Below, in pieces: positions 31,585-42,908 of a stretch of 64,000 nucleotides of DNA (its first letter is position 1; the number at the start of each line of letters is the position of its first letter). The notes below the pieces were generated by a model. That model did no database searches and was not told the origin of the DNA. It saw nothing but the letters and a program-made list of their open reading frames with translations. A program made the position numbers and the translations under genes. Origin of the DNA: Paramoeba atlantica (taxonomy: Eukaryota; Protista; Discosea); NCBI GenBank assembly GCA_977017575.1, contig CDRNVI010000065.1, forward strand, positions 124,001 to 188,000, in the 5' to 3' direction.

Positions 31585-32415
31585 TCATTTGTATTCTGAT
31601 GGTAAGGTTTCAAGTAAATCCTTCGAAAAACAATTTAACCCTAGCTTAAGTTCTTTCAATGCAGGGGGCAGGCAGTCCAAATGTGAAAAGTCAGTAAATT
31701 TATTATCTTGCAAGGTGAGATACTTCAAGCTCAGCGGAAGAGCTTTTAAGCAAATGCACCCTGTCAGGCGATTTTTATTAAGAGAAATATTGGTTATCGC
31801 CTTCGGGAGAGAGCCCAATTCAATATTTCCAGTTAGCTTGTTGGAATGAAGAAGAATTATTCGAAGAGATTGGGGTAAATATCGAAGTTCCACCTCGCCA
31901 CTAAATTTGTTATTCGAAAGTATGAGAGATACAAGAGTACAGGGTAGGCCGGAAAGATGAATGGGGCCAATCATGTAATTTTGGTGGCCATGCAAATCTT
32001 CCATATGCAAAGGTAGCTCATCCAAATCTAAGGTGTTTCCAAATTGATTGAGCGACACATTGAGAACTCGAAGCTCGGGCGGAAACTCCGCGGGGAGAAC
32101 GGTACCAGACAATTTGTTGTCGTTCAAAAAGATTTTCTGCACACTCGAAGGAAGACTAAACCATGATACCTTTCCACGGATTCCATATCGACTCCACGAA
32201 ATGCTAACAACTTGACCATTTGCATTGCATCTAACCCCTGCCCAAGAAGATACAGGAAATTTCTCTTTCCATGTAGAATGCGGATTTTCGATGTTGGAAA
32301 GAAACTGAACTAATAACAAGTCTGCGGGCAAATTTACTTTGCTAACTCTTTGCGCTTTCTTTTGCACCACGGATTCTGCAGTAGATATTCTACGTGCTCC
32401 ACCGCACATGTTCAT
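31585..32415 (-). CDS. LRR-only family protein, paralog B
   Basis: 276 aa and co-linear with 28035..28865. The duplication also covers ~110 bp of upstream sequence and the downstream flank (25590-25700 vs 30210-30350). Confidence 0.85.
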   Translation of the reverse strand: MNMCGGARRISTAESVVQKKAQRVSKVNLPADLLLVQFLSNIENPHSTWKEKFPVSSWAGVRCNANGQVVSISWSRYGIRGKVSWFSLPSSVQKIFLNDNKLSGTVLPAEFPPELRVLNVSLNQFGNTLDLDELPLHMEDLHGHQNYMIGPIHLSGLPCTLVSLILSNNKFSGEVELRYLPQSLRIILLHSNKLTGNIELGSLPKAITNISLNKNRLTGCICLKALPLSLKYLTLQDNKFTDFSHLDCLPPALKELKLGLNCFSKDLLETLPSEYK

Positions 32416-32992
32416 GGAGTGCGAAAATATCTATTGACTATGAAAAGATTCAGAATATTGTAAAACAAGATAAATAGTGTAGAATAGTGCCGTATTTTTC
32501 TCATTGTGTCACAAGGTTCGTTCAACCAAACAACAATAAATAAATCAATAAACAACAATATATAGTAATTTTAATGTGGATATCCTATCGAAATTCTAGA
32601 AAAAGAAAAATCCGATTTCGCTGGACTAGCTATCGACATACAAGTACGCCGTTTTATCTTATGGGGGAAAACTAAATTCTTACCCCCCAATCCAGAGCAC
32701 TTCAAACCAGAAGAAACCGCACGAATCCAAGTACTAGCACGTTAAAGGGAATTGTTCCCGATAATATACAGCAGGAACTGATAATTCCGTTACGGAGCTT
32801 CCGTCCCACCTTGAGGTATCCTTGAACATATTATCTTTGAACATATTATCCTTGAACATTTTATCTAGCCTTGAAAATCACGAGAATACCTGAAAAGTCT
32901 AGATGATTCGATACTTTAAAGGGCAAGCCCATCTGGTCGAGGCTACGACGCCTCTTTCAAAGAACGTTCGTGCTTCATTCCAGGAGAATATA

Positions 32993-33601
32993 CTAAAAAG
33001 TTGTTTCAATTTGTGTTTCGCTAATATCATATATCAAATCCTCACCGAAGAGTTCTAAGTTTAGTGTGCCTTTGAGTCCCAAGTTTCCACTTAAGTAAAG
33101 AAGACTCACGGACGATGGAATTGCATTAACATCGACCCACCCCACAAATTCGTTTTGACTCAAATCAACCGTGCGCAGTTCATGTAGGTGAGAAAGGCAG
33201 GGAGTTCCGCTGAAACGATTTGCAGACAAATAGAGCGAAACCAAGGCTACAGGCAAACAGTCAAAAAGTACATCACCACAAAGTAGATTTTCGGCAACAT
33301 TCAAGTGTCTTAATCCCAAAGGCAAATACCTCCAGTTTAGTACTCCATACAAGTTATCATCGAACCAGAAAATTTTCTCCAAGGAACCTTTTTTATCACA
33401 CGCTATTCCATTCCACTCGCAGGCGGGTGTATTCGTGCTCCAGGTAGGATGACAATTTTCGACAGTTTCAATGAGTCGTATTAAATTATACTCTGCAGGT
33501 AGAAATGTTCCGCTCACTTTCGCAAGTCGAACTTTAGAGCGACGTTGCGGGTCCGATGATGCAATGTGACCAAACATTAAGAAATTCTTGGAGGAATACA
33601 T
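32993..33601 (-). CDS. LRR-only family protein
   Basis: VENCHPTW...CEWNGIACD cap and three to four LRRs. Confidence 0.8.
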   Translation of the reverse strand: MYSSKNFLMFGHIASSDPQRRSKVRLAKVSGTFLPAEYNLIRLIETVENCHPTWSTNTPACEWNGIACDKKGSLEKIFWFDDNLYGVLNWRYLPLGLRHLNVAENLLCGDVLFDCLPVALVSLYLSANRFSGTPCLSHLHELRTVDLSQNEFVGWVDVNAIPSSVSLLYLSGNLGLKGTLNLELFGEDLIYDISETQIETTF

Positions 33602-34364
33602 ACGATTTTATTTTTTTGTTGGGTATTATCTTACCTTTATAGTAATACAAATGTGTAAATTTTTATTACACAGTATACGATGTAATGCAGAATCACAGTT
33701 GCGCAGATAGCGTTCAAAATTTACGAATCGATTCGGAAAAAGAATTCGATGTGAAAGGGAGATGAGGACACGTGTTGCTATTTGACAATTTCAGTAAAGT
33801 TTTCAGTCAGCCCAATGAACATCCATTGAATCATTCAATTTGAATTAATTCACATCTCACAAAAGGGCGTACATTAGGTACGCTCAAGAAGTCGCACGAA
33901 AGCATACAATATTTATCATCTGCTTCATTCTACTTGAGAAATCAGCAAGAACTCAAATAAGTTTTACCACAAAACTTTTATGAACTGTTCTACCGATTCT
34001 TACTTCTATACAGTAAATCTTCACTTGGGTTTGACGCGGAAACGTTCGACTAGTTGTCGTAGAATTCCTCAGTGAGGAAAAAAGAGTATGCTTGATCATT
34101 AAAGTCCAGTGCAGCTGAAGCGCGGTGCATATTTTATGCTACAGTGAGTCGACTGCGGAAAACGACATCGAATAGTATCCTATGTACAAAAATGAGTGCA
34201 AGAAATCCGTGAAATAAGATACGGACGTACCCACACGTGGAAGCTCGCGATACGTACCCCCGACACATTGCCCATCAGATACTTGTGTATGTAATCATGG
34301 CCATACTATACTACATCATGGTCATGCGTACTGCCCATATCGATTATGCGTAAGGACACGTAGT

Positions 34365-35896
34365 TTACTCACTCCTAGAATCATGACATGGACACCAAAC
34401 TCCTGTACGAAGTATTTCTCGAATACTCTTCTTTTGGTCAGCTCCGTTCCTTGTTCCAAATTTTCGCTCCTGCATCCTATCGACGATTTCGTAAAAAGCT
34501 GGTTGGCACATCTCAACTTCATCGAGCAAATGTTCATAGCTGCTTTCGTAAGAACCAAAAGCAAGCTCAAAACTTGCAGAATGTTGTGTTTCTCGCAAAG
34601 GTTGGTTTGAAGAAGAGACAATCACCCCTGGGTTCTTTGCCCTTGCGTGACGCATTTTCATTTTGCGAGTATAGGAGGGCACGCAAGGAAGCAATATTCC
34701 ATTACCGCCATATTCGTCAAGTAAACGCCCTACCTCATTCATGTCAGAATCAGTGAATTCGGACTCACCAAACGGCATAGAAAGGTAACCACCAGCGTGA
34801 ATTTCGAACTTGCTCGCATCGCGCACTATCGCATCTCCATAATACATTCTGAGTTGAGTCATCTCCTCCAAAAGTTTATCACTCTCGTAATTATCATTAG
34901 GAATCAATTGTGAGTATTGCGCATTGTAATCCTGATCACGTGCAGTCAGCGACAACCATTCGTCCCAGGAGTCGTACCCGTATTTCTCCGCGTTTTGAAG
35001 CAAGTGAGGCTTTCTGCGAGCCAGAAACTGCGTTATTACCTCGTTTTGTAGCCTGGGATACTTAAGGGGGGTTGCGTACCCATGATGTCGCAGGTGCAAC
35101 ACACACGCCTTCGTATCAACTTGTGCTACCCGACCTTTCGGTACCTCGGGAAGATCTTTCTCTCTACTATCGTCTAATGGCTCTATTTCTTCCCTCTTAC
35201 CCAACGCATTCAGCAACGAAAACCCATAGCCTGAGCTCCACCCATCATCCTCCTTTACCAACTCCCCCCCACCACGCCTCTCCCGATATTTCCCCACTTC
35301 CTCCACATACCTACGCACCTCCCCTGGCCACGCCCTTGCCTTTTCTCCCCCCCCTCCCCCCCTTCACCATACCTCCCCGGGCGCTCAAACGCATAAAACG
35401 ACCCCAGCCGCCCCCCCTCGGGGCAGATCCGGTACTCTGGGGTCGCGGCACACACCCACGGGGGCTTGGAGCCCTCCCCGCGCAGCCCCGGCAGCCCCCC
35501 CGCGGCCCCGGCGCCCCCCTCCAGCGCGAACACGTAGTGCCGCTCCAGGGGGGCCGCGGGGACGTAGGACTCCTCGAGGGTCCCGGCCCCCTCGGGGGGG
35601 CCCCCGTGGAGCCCCGGGGGGGCCGGGGGGTGCCGGTGGGACCGGATCACCGGCAGCGGCGTCTGGCGCCGGCCCCCGCTGCGGTAGGCCACGAAGCTCG
35701 GGGAGAGGGTGTCGGCGCGGAAGGGGGAGGGCTGGGCGATCCAGGGGTCCGGGGGGCTGTCGAGGGCGTGGCAGGGGGGGAGGGGGGGAGGGGAGGGGTG
35801 GGGGGAGAAGAAGAAGAAGAAGGAGAAGAAGAAGGGGGAGAGGAGGAGGAGGAGGAGGGGGAGGAGGGGAGGAGGGGGGTTAGTTGTGCGGGACAT
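34365..35896 (-). CDS. hypothetical protein split into two overlapping frames (35896..35255 and 35318..34365)
   Basis: The downstream frame has no upstream ATG and is open back through G7/G8 runs near 35345-35362; removing one base there joins the two frames. Confidence 0.5.
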
Positions 35897-36496
35897 TGTG
35901 GGGGATGGGGGTAAGCATGGAGTATGAGGAAATGAAAAAAAAAGCTTGTAGAGGAATAGAAGTAGGACGGAGTAGGAGGGTTAGAGTTGAGGACGTGTAC
36001 GAAGACGAACTTGTATACTTGTTATGAGAAGCAATTTCGCGTACAGGGTCGTTCAGCATTTTTTGAACCATTCTTACAAGTGTATGTTTTGTTTAATTTT
36101 TTATACACGTACCTCAAAGGATAGGCGCGAGCCTCCTCTAGAAAGGAAAAATACGATGATTTTGTCGCCAAGCGCGGTGAAGACACTAATAATTTTTTTT
36201 GATAATAAATATTTACACTATTATATTTACTTTATTGTAAAGTAATAGTCTTTATTTACTTATATTTACTTATTTACTTATATGACGCCTTTCGTCCAGA
36301 TGAACGGCTAAAAAACGATTTTTTTAAAACTCTTCGAATCGGGAAAGAAAAGCTTGTCTTTACTCATACGTATTTGAAGCATGCGTTCATATGTATTTGA
36401 AGCATCCGATAGAGTAAGAAATTGATACCATCAAACGCAAAATGTGTTTTGTTGTAGAATTGCCAAATTTCGTTTTTTTCTTTACTTTCTTGGAAC

Positions 36497-37120
36497 ATGT
36501 CATTGCAATGGGATGAGGAGTCAAGTTACTGTATTTCCCCTCGCTCTGATGCTAGCTCAATTTCAGATCTGAGCATATCAACACCATGCTCACTCGGTGA
36601 TGACCCGGATTGGACTTTGAGTGATTTCTCGGTAGATTCAGGCGATAAATCTCTTATTAGTGAAGATGAGTGGAGTGATGGGGAGGGTCTTGTAGCATAT
36701 GGCCAAGTAGCATGTAACATCGAACGCGGTGAAGATGAAAGTTCTTTAGATTTTATCTCACGAATAAAAGGGGATGTTTCATCTCGCGCGAGCTCTATCC
36801 CCTACGAGAAAATCTCACCCCAAAAAAAGTATGATCTAGTGGTTGAAGAATTGATTAGCAACTTTCTTATCAGTCTGAGAAGACTCTTAACAGTCTGGGA
36901 TGCCGCCTTCGTAGAAATGAGCAACGGCCGACTGATAATTCCACGTTTTCGATTGCGTGCTTTGCTCTACTACGGTGGTTATTCTTTTGGAAGATTATTC
37001 TTATGGAAGCGGGGGACAAGTCCAGAGGTGCTTGGCAAAGTCCGACTGACATTGTGCATAAATCAAGGACGCATCACCCAACGAAAGTAATGATTTGGGA
37101 TGCTATTGCGGGCGACGGAG
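36497..37120 (+). pseudogene. opposite-strand ORF ending in a Tc1-like transposase remnant
   Basis: 197-aa ORF against the cluster direction. A shifted frame at its end reads HHPTKVMIWDAIAGDG, resembling the Tc1 HPxKVMVWG motif. Confidence 0.4.
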
Positions 37121-38279
37121 GGTAGAAGCACTGGATAAAGCTCTAAGGATCCAGCATTTGTGACTTTTTTACATAAATTTCACGGAAACCACTTTGTACT
37201 CCCCTTTATTCGTTTCTATAAATGCCTTCCCGAATTTTTCGACTAAAAATTATAGATGTGAAAAATAATATGCTTTTGTTCGGAGTTGTTTTCGTGGTCG
37301 CTGTATCACTTTGCCCATCATTTGAGGGGTGTTTCGGTGCGATTTCGAACATCGCAACGAACATAGACAAGAGGCTCATAAGGTTCTAACATTAGTGGAA
37401 AATTCTGCACATAACGCTGCATGTGTAGCCTTTGGGCTCATCAGGTACAAGACAGGGAGCCTGTCCGCTCATAAAGGTGCAAATATTTATGGCATAGTCA
37501 TACGTGATATCTAGAAACACACGAGGTAAGCAGTCATGTGCGACAGTGCATTCGCGCTTCCCGCCACGTGTTGTTAAAAAATGAGCAACCCAGCCTCCAT
37601 GGAGCTGGAGATTTTGTCATGTATTTTGATTTGATGTGCGCTCTTCAGTACTCCGTAGTTTGCGACGATTTCATGGTCGCTGCATCATTTTGTCTATCGT
37701 TCGTCAATAGAAAAGGACAATCACATAATTCATTGTGATCATCAAGTGAATAAAAGCTAAGCACGCAGCCAACAAAATGAAATGGTTTTGTTTTCAAGGA
37801 GGCTGAAAGTTATTATCCTATTTTACTTTTGATTACCTATGCCCGACGGTCTTCCGAACTTGGTCCCTGACTCAATTTCAGGAATCGGACACGCTCACCA
37901 AGCGTTTCTAAGCCCCTGTTTAATGAAACGTATGGGGGTCACCTTGCGGTCCGAGAACCTTGATGCGATTTCCGGCGCAGTCTGCCATGTTAAGGAGAAG
38001 CATGGCATTGATGAGATTTTTGAGCGCGCTTCAGCGCATGGTGGGAGTGGCGACAGCGCTCGGGGGGCTCAAGCCAGGGGTCCGAATAACTTTATATAGT
38101 TTATATAAACATCGGGACACGAATAAGTATGCCCTCTCACTTTTTTCATGAAGGGGCCTAGGGGGTTTATGACACCACTTTCACAATTTTAATATCTACA
38201 CGTTCCCGCTGTTTCTAGCTACTTTCAAAGTATAAAAAGTATGTTTTTTCAAAAATAACCTGACACAATTTTTTTTTCC

Positions 38280-38725
38280 ATGATGAAATCCAAGTACCGT
38301 CTTCCAAAAGGGTGATTAACGCAGGTGGGAAAAGTCTTATATGCGCTTTCAAGAGGGCATTCCAAAGAAGCGACTAGCACGGGATTTCAATGTTTCTATC
38401 AAAATTGTTCATACCCAACGAAAATGTGATTCAAAATGTGACACCCCCAAAAAAAGTCAGAAAACGTAGGAAAAAAATAGTTGATATTATTTCTCCTAAA
38501 GATATTGCTTGAGTGCCCATACACAGCAGCGCTAGAAAGATAGCAGGTAAATTGAAAAGAAAAGGTATTTTTGTTAGCAAAAGGACCGTAAGGCATGACT
38601 TAGTAGCTATGAAGCACACGTCTTCCCCACGACCTATTACTGTGGCTTTAAGTGCTCGCTAAAAGGAAAGAAGAGTTGATTTTGCTTCCACTTGGAGTGG
38701 TGATTCAAAGGTGAAAACAGAATAA
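38280..38725 (+). pseudogene. decayed Tc1-like transposase N-terminal (double HTH) region
   Basis: GIPKKRLARDFNVS, then SARKIAGKLKRKGIFVSKRTVRHDL...RP...LSAR*KERRVDFASTW, with stops and frameshifts. Confidence 0.65.
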
Positions 38726-39789
38726 AGGTACTATAAAGTACCTACACTACCTTCAAAACTTTATGTACCTATAATTTTAGAGGTCGACTTTTAGTGCAAT
38801 TTGGGGAGGGAATCTGTGCAGTCTGGGTGTTCGGGTCGCGGAGTGTAGGCCTTGTTGGAGGGAATAGTTTTTCTGATTACGTAAAATACATCGGAAACAA
38901 TCTTGCACAGGTATAGTTTTCAGGCAGTTATAGATAGGAACAAGCTTCATCAGCATCAGACGTGGAAAACACATCTGCCAGGTCTTCCCTAATCGTCGTT
39001 GATAAGCCATGCAATATCAACGATTACATTGTTGAACAATGTTATAATGTACCTGTTTCTGCTTCTAAATTTTCCTCCAACCACTTGACTGCAGCTTGTA
39101 ATGTTTGCAGAACACAAGACGCGTACTGAACATATTGTTCGACCATGGGAATTACCAGTGTCTGCAACAATGGACCCTGAATGGCCGCGTTTGATACCCC
39201 GTGATCACACTTCCATTTTATCATGGTTTCGAACACCTTTGAACGCCTTATAGGACTTGGTATCAAGCTGTATTTGCAACAGCATTTTCCGTCTCGCGCT
39301 ATCTGACTCTCTTCTCGTTCAATATGGCTCAGGGCAGAAAAGTGTGAGGCCCGAACGCCTTTTTTCGCAAATAAAGTTCCGCATTTCCGGTGAACTACAG
39401 ATCCGGCATTCATGAATCGCTTTCCGGCCTCCACCTCCTGGTAATTAGTACGAGGTCTTATTACTAATAAGACTGGACAAAATTAGCGCGACTTTCTGTA
39501 TTACAATCCGATCTAGACATTGAAAATTTTCAACGAAATAGTGCGATTACAGTGCATACATATCATTGACAAAAAAATAGAGGTAGATAAAGGTAGGGAA
39601 AAATATTTACTTTAAAGTACCTAATAAAGAATAATAGAAAACCAGCGCCGCGAAGCGGTGAATGTTTTTTGCCCCTTTTTCAAATACATTTGTTTCGCGG
39701 ATTTTTCAAGAAATAAGACCCCCCCTTTATACTTACGAAAGTCAGACCCCCCCCCTTTACAGTTCCAAAAGTACCGAAACCGGCGGAAG

Positions 39790-40055
39790 TATAAAGGGGG
39801 GGTGACAGTACCTGGATTCTGTACCTTTTTGAAACGTATGTTTTACTAGATGTTATCTTTTTGGCAATATGGTTTTCTCCCCGAAGTGCAATTCACCACT
39901 CTCCACACCGCGCTCCCACCGCTATAAAGGGGGGGTGACAGTACCTGGATTCTGTACCTTTTTGAAACGTATGTTTTACTAGATGTTATCTTTTTGGCAA
40001 TATGGTTTTCTCCCCGAAGTGCAATTCACCACTCTCCACACCGCGCTCCCCGCCG
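39790..40055 (+). repeat. 133-bp direct tandem duplication
   Basis: 39790-39922 is repeated near-identically from 39923 (TATAAAGGGGGGGTGACAGTACCTGGATTCTGTACC...). Confidence 0.9.
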
Positions 40056-40592
40056 CTCTCCCCGCCACCCCTTTTCTCTGCCGCCTTTCTCGCTCGCCAA
40101 GACTCAGGAGGAGGTTCCCCTCCTCGCCTCCTCCCTCCTCGCCGTCCTGTTGGACACCCCTTTCACCGCCCTCTTCGCCGCCCGCGTCATCGGGCACTTC
40201 GAAATTTCAGCACCCGGCGCCAATAAAACAAGACGCTACATGCCTAGGGTGTCTGAAATTTTTTGTGGAAGACCTGCCTAGCACCAATATAACAAGGTGT
40301 CAAACAACTAGGGTAGCACTCCTTCCCACCTTCTCTGAAGGCGCGCGGAGGACTGGTTGCCCCTCTCGTAGGGACCGCTGGTCAGTGTGTGGCCTAGCCT
40401 CACTGCGTCTCCGACTCCCGTCCTTTGTGAAGTGCCAGACGTGGCTTGCTACGGCTGGCTCGCCCACCGGTCCGCAAGGACCGGTCGTACGCATCAGATT
40501 AACATCCAAGCCGTCGGGCCAACCTCGCGTGGGCGGTAGAGAGCCCACAGCCCGCAAAGGCCAAATGGGTATCCAGATCATCATCATCATCA
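39954..40592 (+). mobile_element. short retroposed insertion with (ATC)5 tail and 12-bp TSD
   Basis: TACCTGGATTCT at 39942-39953 and 40593-40604, ATC repeats at 40577-40591, and hairpins ACCGGTCC-GCAA-GGACCGGT and GTGGGC-8nt-GCCCAC near the 3' end. Confidence 0.6.
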
Positions 40593-40706
40593 TACCTGGA
40601 TTCTAGAAAAACAGTTTCGTCGTATCAATCAGTAAAATTCGTGGGCGTTCTCGCAGTAAGAATTGATAAAACAATGCCAATCGTCTTCAAAAAAGTGGCT
40701 TCTGAC

Positions 40707-41262
40707 AAAGTGGTCAGCTGGCCACTGTTTCTCAAAGTGGTCAGCTGGCCACCTCCTGAAAGAGTGACCACCTGGCCACCCTAAGAAACAGTGGCCACCT
40801 GACCACCCTCTGAAAAACTGGCCAGCTCGCCACCCTCTGAAAAACTTGCCACCTGTCCGCCCCTTGAAAAGGTGGCCAGGTGGCCACCCTCCGAAAAAGT
40901 GGCCACCTGGCCACCCTCCGAAAAAGTGGCCACCTGGCCACACTCTGAAAAAGTGGCCACCTGGCCACCCTCTGAAAAACTGGCCAGCTGGCCACCCCTT
41001 GAAAAAGTGGCCAGCTGGCCACCCCCTGAAAAAGTGGCCACCTGACCACACCTTGAAAAAGTGGCCAGCTGGCCACACCTTGAAAAAGTGGCCAGCTGAC
41101 CACACCTTGAAAAAGTGGCCAGCTGACCACACCTTGAAAAAGTGGCCAGCTGGCCACCACCTGAAAAAGTGACCAGCTGGCCACCCCTTGAAAAAGTGGC
41201 AGTCTGACCACCTCTTGAAAAAGTGGCCAGCTGGCCACCACCTGAAAAAGTGGCCAGCTGTC
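40707..41262. repeat. 27-bp minisatellite, about 20-21 units, with a palindromic core
   Basis: Consensus AAAAAGTGGCCAGCTGGCCACMCYYTG; the core GTGGCCAGCTGGCCAC is a perfect 16-bp palindrome. Confidence 0.95.
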
Positions 41263-41443
41263 CTTTCATGCAGAAAGAGTCCTTTCATGCACAAAGTTGT
41301 TTTTGTGCTCGTTTTATGCCCATTTTGGGCTCGCGGAATTAACCTTAGTAAGCGAGTTAGATACTGACCGTATGATACGGTTGAGGGAGATACGGTATCT
41401 CCCTCAATAATAAATACATAAGTTTAGTTATTCGGATCCCCGG

Positions 41444-41634
41444 TAGAAACATTACTTCGCGAAACGTGCGTTGAGCATCGGTAGAGTTTTGAAAAGCGTC
41501 GAAGATCTTCTTTGCCGCTACCAAACGTCGGGTATGACGATCGACTGTCTTCCAAACCACATCATATGCACCGTTACCGAGTTGATGCAGCAACTCGTAC
41601 CTTCGTGAAATGTGGGGTCCGTTTCGGAGGACAT
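41444..41634 (-). pseudogene. MAP kinase (ERK7/8, MAPK15-like) 5' fragment
   Basis: MSSETD/[1-nt frameshift]/[58 protein letters not shown], after which homology ends. Confidence 0.8.
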
Positions 41635-41861
41635 AGCATGCGCGTATACAAAATATAATTTTAAAAATTATAAAAATAGCCAATACCTCGGTAAACACAA
41701 AATTTTGGCTATAGTACATTGCACTCGGAGTTCTATGACTGAACTGTATACGATAGAAATTTTCTATTAGTAAACATATAACATACGATAGCATACAAGA
41801 TGTAAGAATACATGTAAGAATATTTGACATGCTTTTGTTTTTATTTCCTTTAACTTTGCTC

Positions 41862-42908
41862 TCACACAGTAAATTTTTCCCAGTGACTGATGTCAAGAGA
41901 TTCCCACCATCGATCACTCGACACCAATTTATCGGTTTGTTTAATTTTCTTGTTGCGTTCGAAAGGCATTTGGTCGGAAACGTTTTTACGATAAGCGTAC
42001 CACACATGTTTTTCTGTGTCCCATTTTGCAAACCGTGTCGGAAGGCTACTGATTTTTAAGTTCTTTCTAGGAGGATCATAGACACAAATCTTTTTAAGGT
42101 CGTGCGGGACCCGTTCTTTGTCAACGTAAAGTGTGACATGATTATCAAAAATGGATACGAAGTAGGTCGAGTCTGGCATCTGAGAGATGTCAACTTCGCC
42201 CTCAAATTTATTTCTTGCCAGGGCTAGCTGCTCCATTGACGAGGGAACACGTGAAAAATCTAACCGTCCGGTAAAGGAGTTATTGTGCAGCGATAATATG
42301 TTCATTGAATTGGGAAGGACACTTAAGTCAAGGTTTCCTTCGAGCATATTATGATCCAGAAACAGTTGTGATAAGGTCGAAGGCAAGGACTCAAAAAATA
42401 CGACACCGGAAAATCTATTCCAGTCTAACAAAAGATCTATTATTGTGGGAGGTAAGGCGATCAAGTTGAGTTCCCCGTGACACTGATTAAATCTTCCCCA
42501 TAGACTCAGTAAAGTGCGCGGAAGTTCTCCTAGAGCAAGTTCTCCATCTAGCCGATTGTCATCTAGGTATATGGTTTCAAGTTTTTTCGCTTCGTGCCCC
42601 AGATTTATAGATCCGGTAAGAAGATTGTTGTTTACATCTACCCATTTTACTGTTTTAGGAAGATATGCAAAATTCATACGTCCTTGCAGAGCACGGTGTT
42701 CCCATTCTATTTCGTCAATTTCCCCGCTTTCGAGTACATTGATTCCATCCCACTTACAAGCAGGATTGTCTACTACCCAAGTTACATGTGGATTGGTTAG
42801 ATTTGCCACGAGACGGGCCAAATGAAATTCCGGAGCAAGCACAGCCCTATGTATCTTAGAGGGTCGCTTCTGGTGTTCATACCCTAACACATGGACAACG
42901 CTCCGCAT
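41862..42908 (-). CDS. LRR-only family protein
   Basis: LTNPHVTW...CKWDGIN cap and about 9 LRRs. The likely ATG is 42908; the track start is 42992. Confidence 0.85.
   Translation of the reverse strand: MRSVVHVLGYEHQKRPSKIHRAVLAPEFHLARLVANLTNPHVTWVVDNPACKWDGINVLESGEIDEIEWEHRALQGRMNFAYLPKTVKWVDVNNNLLTGSINLGHEAKKLETIYLDDNRLDGELALGELPRTLLSLWGRFNQCHGELNLIALPPTIIDLLLDWNRFSGVVFFESLPSTLSQLFLDHNMLEGNLDLSVLPNSMNILSLHNNSFTGRLDFSRVPSSMEQLALARNKFEGEVDISQMPDSTYFVSIFDNHVTLYVDKERVPHDLKKICVYDPPRKNLKISSLPTRFAKWDTEKHVWYAYRKNVSDQMPFERNKKIKQTDKLVSSDRWWESLDISHWEKFTV

Noticed and set aside
32821-32866. Short direct repeats (TTGAACATATTATC x3; also 60069-60101 and 36250-36290)
   Set aside because: They are consistent with ordinary slippage duplications, with no evidence of function.
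40470-40580. HDV-like or hammerhead ribozyme
   Set aside because: A CCAACCTCGCGTGG segment resembles P3/L3, but I could not build consistent P1, P1.1 and P2 pairings. No CUGANGA/GAAA core was found.
40707-41262. CRISPR array
   Set aside because: The repeats are directly abutting, with only a short similar linker and no unique spacers. There are no cas genes and the context is eukaryotic.
41357-42031. 224-aa ORF as a functional kinase gene
   Set aside because: It fuses unrelated AT-rich sequence to a truncated MAPK fragment and lacks the catalytic HRD/DFG region.
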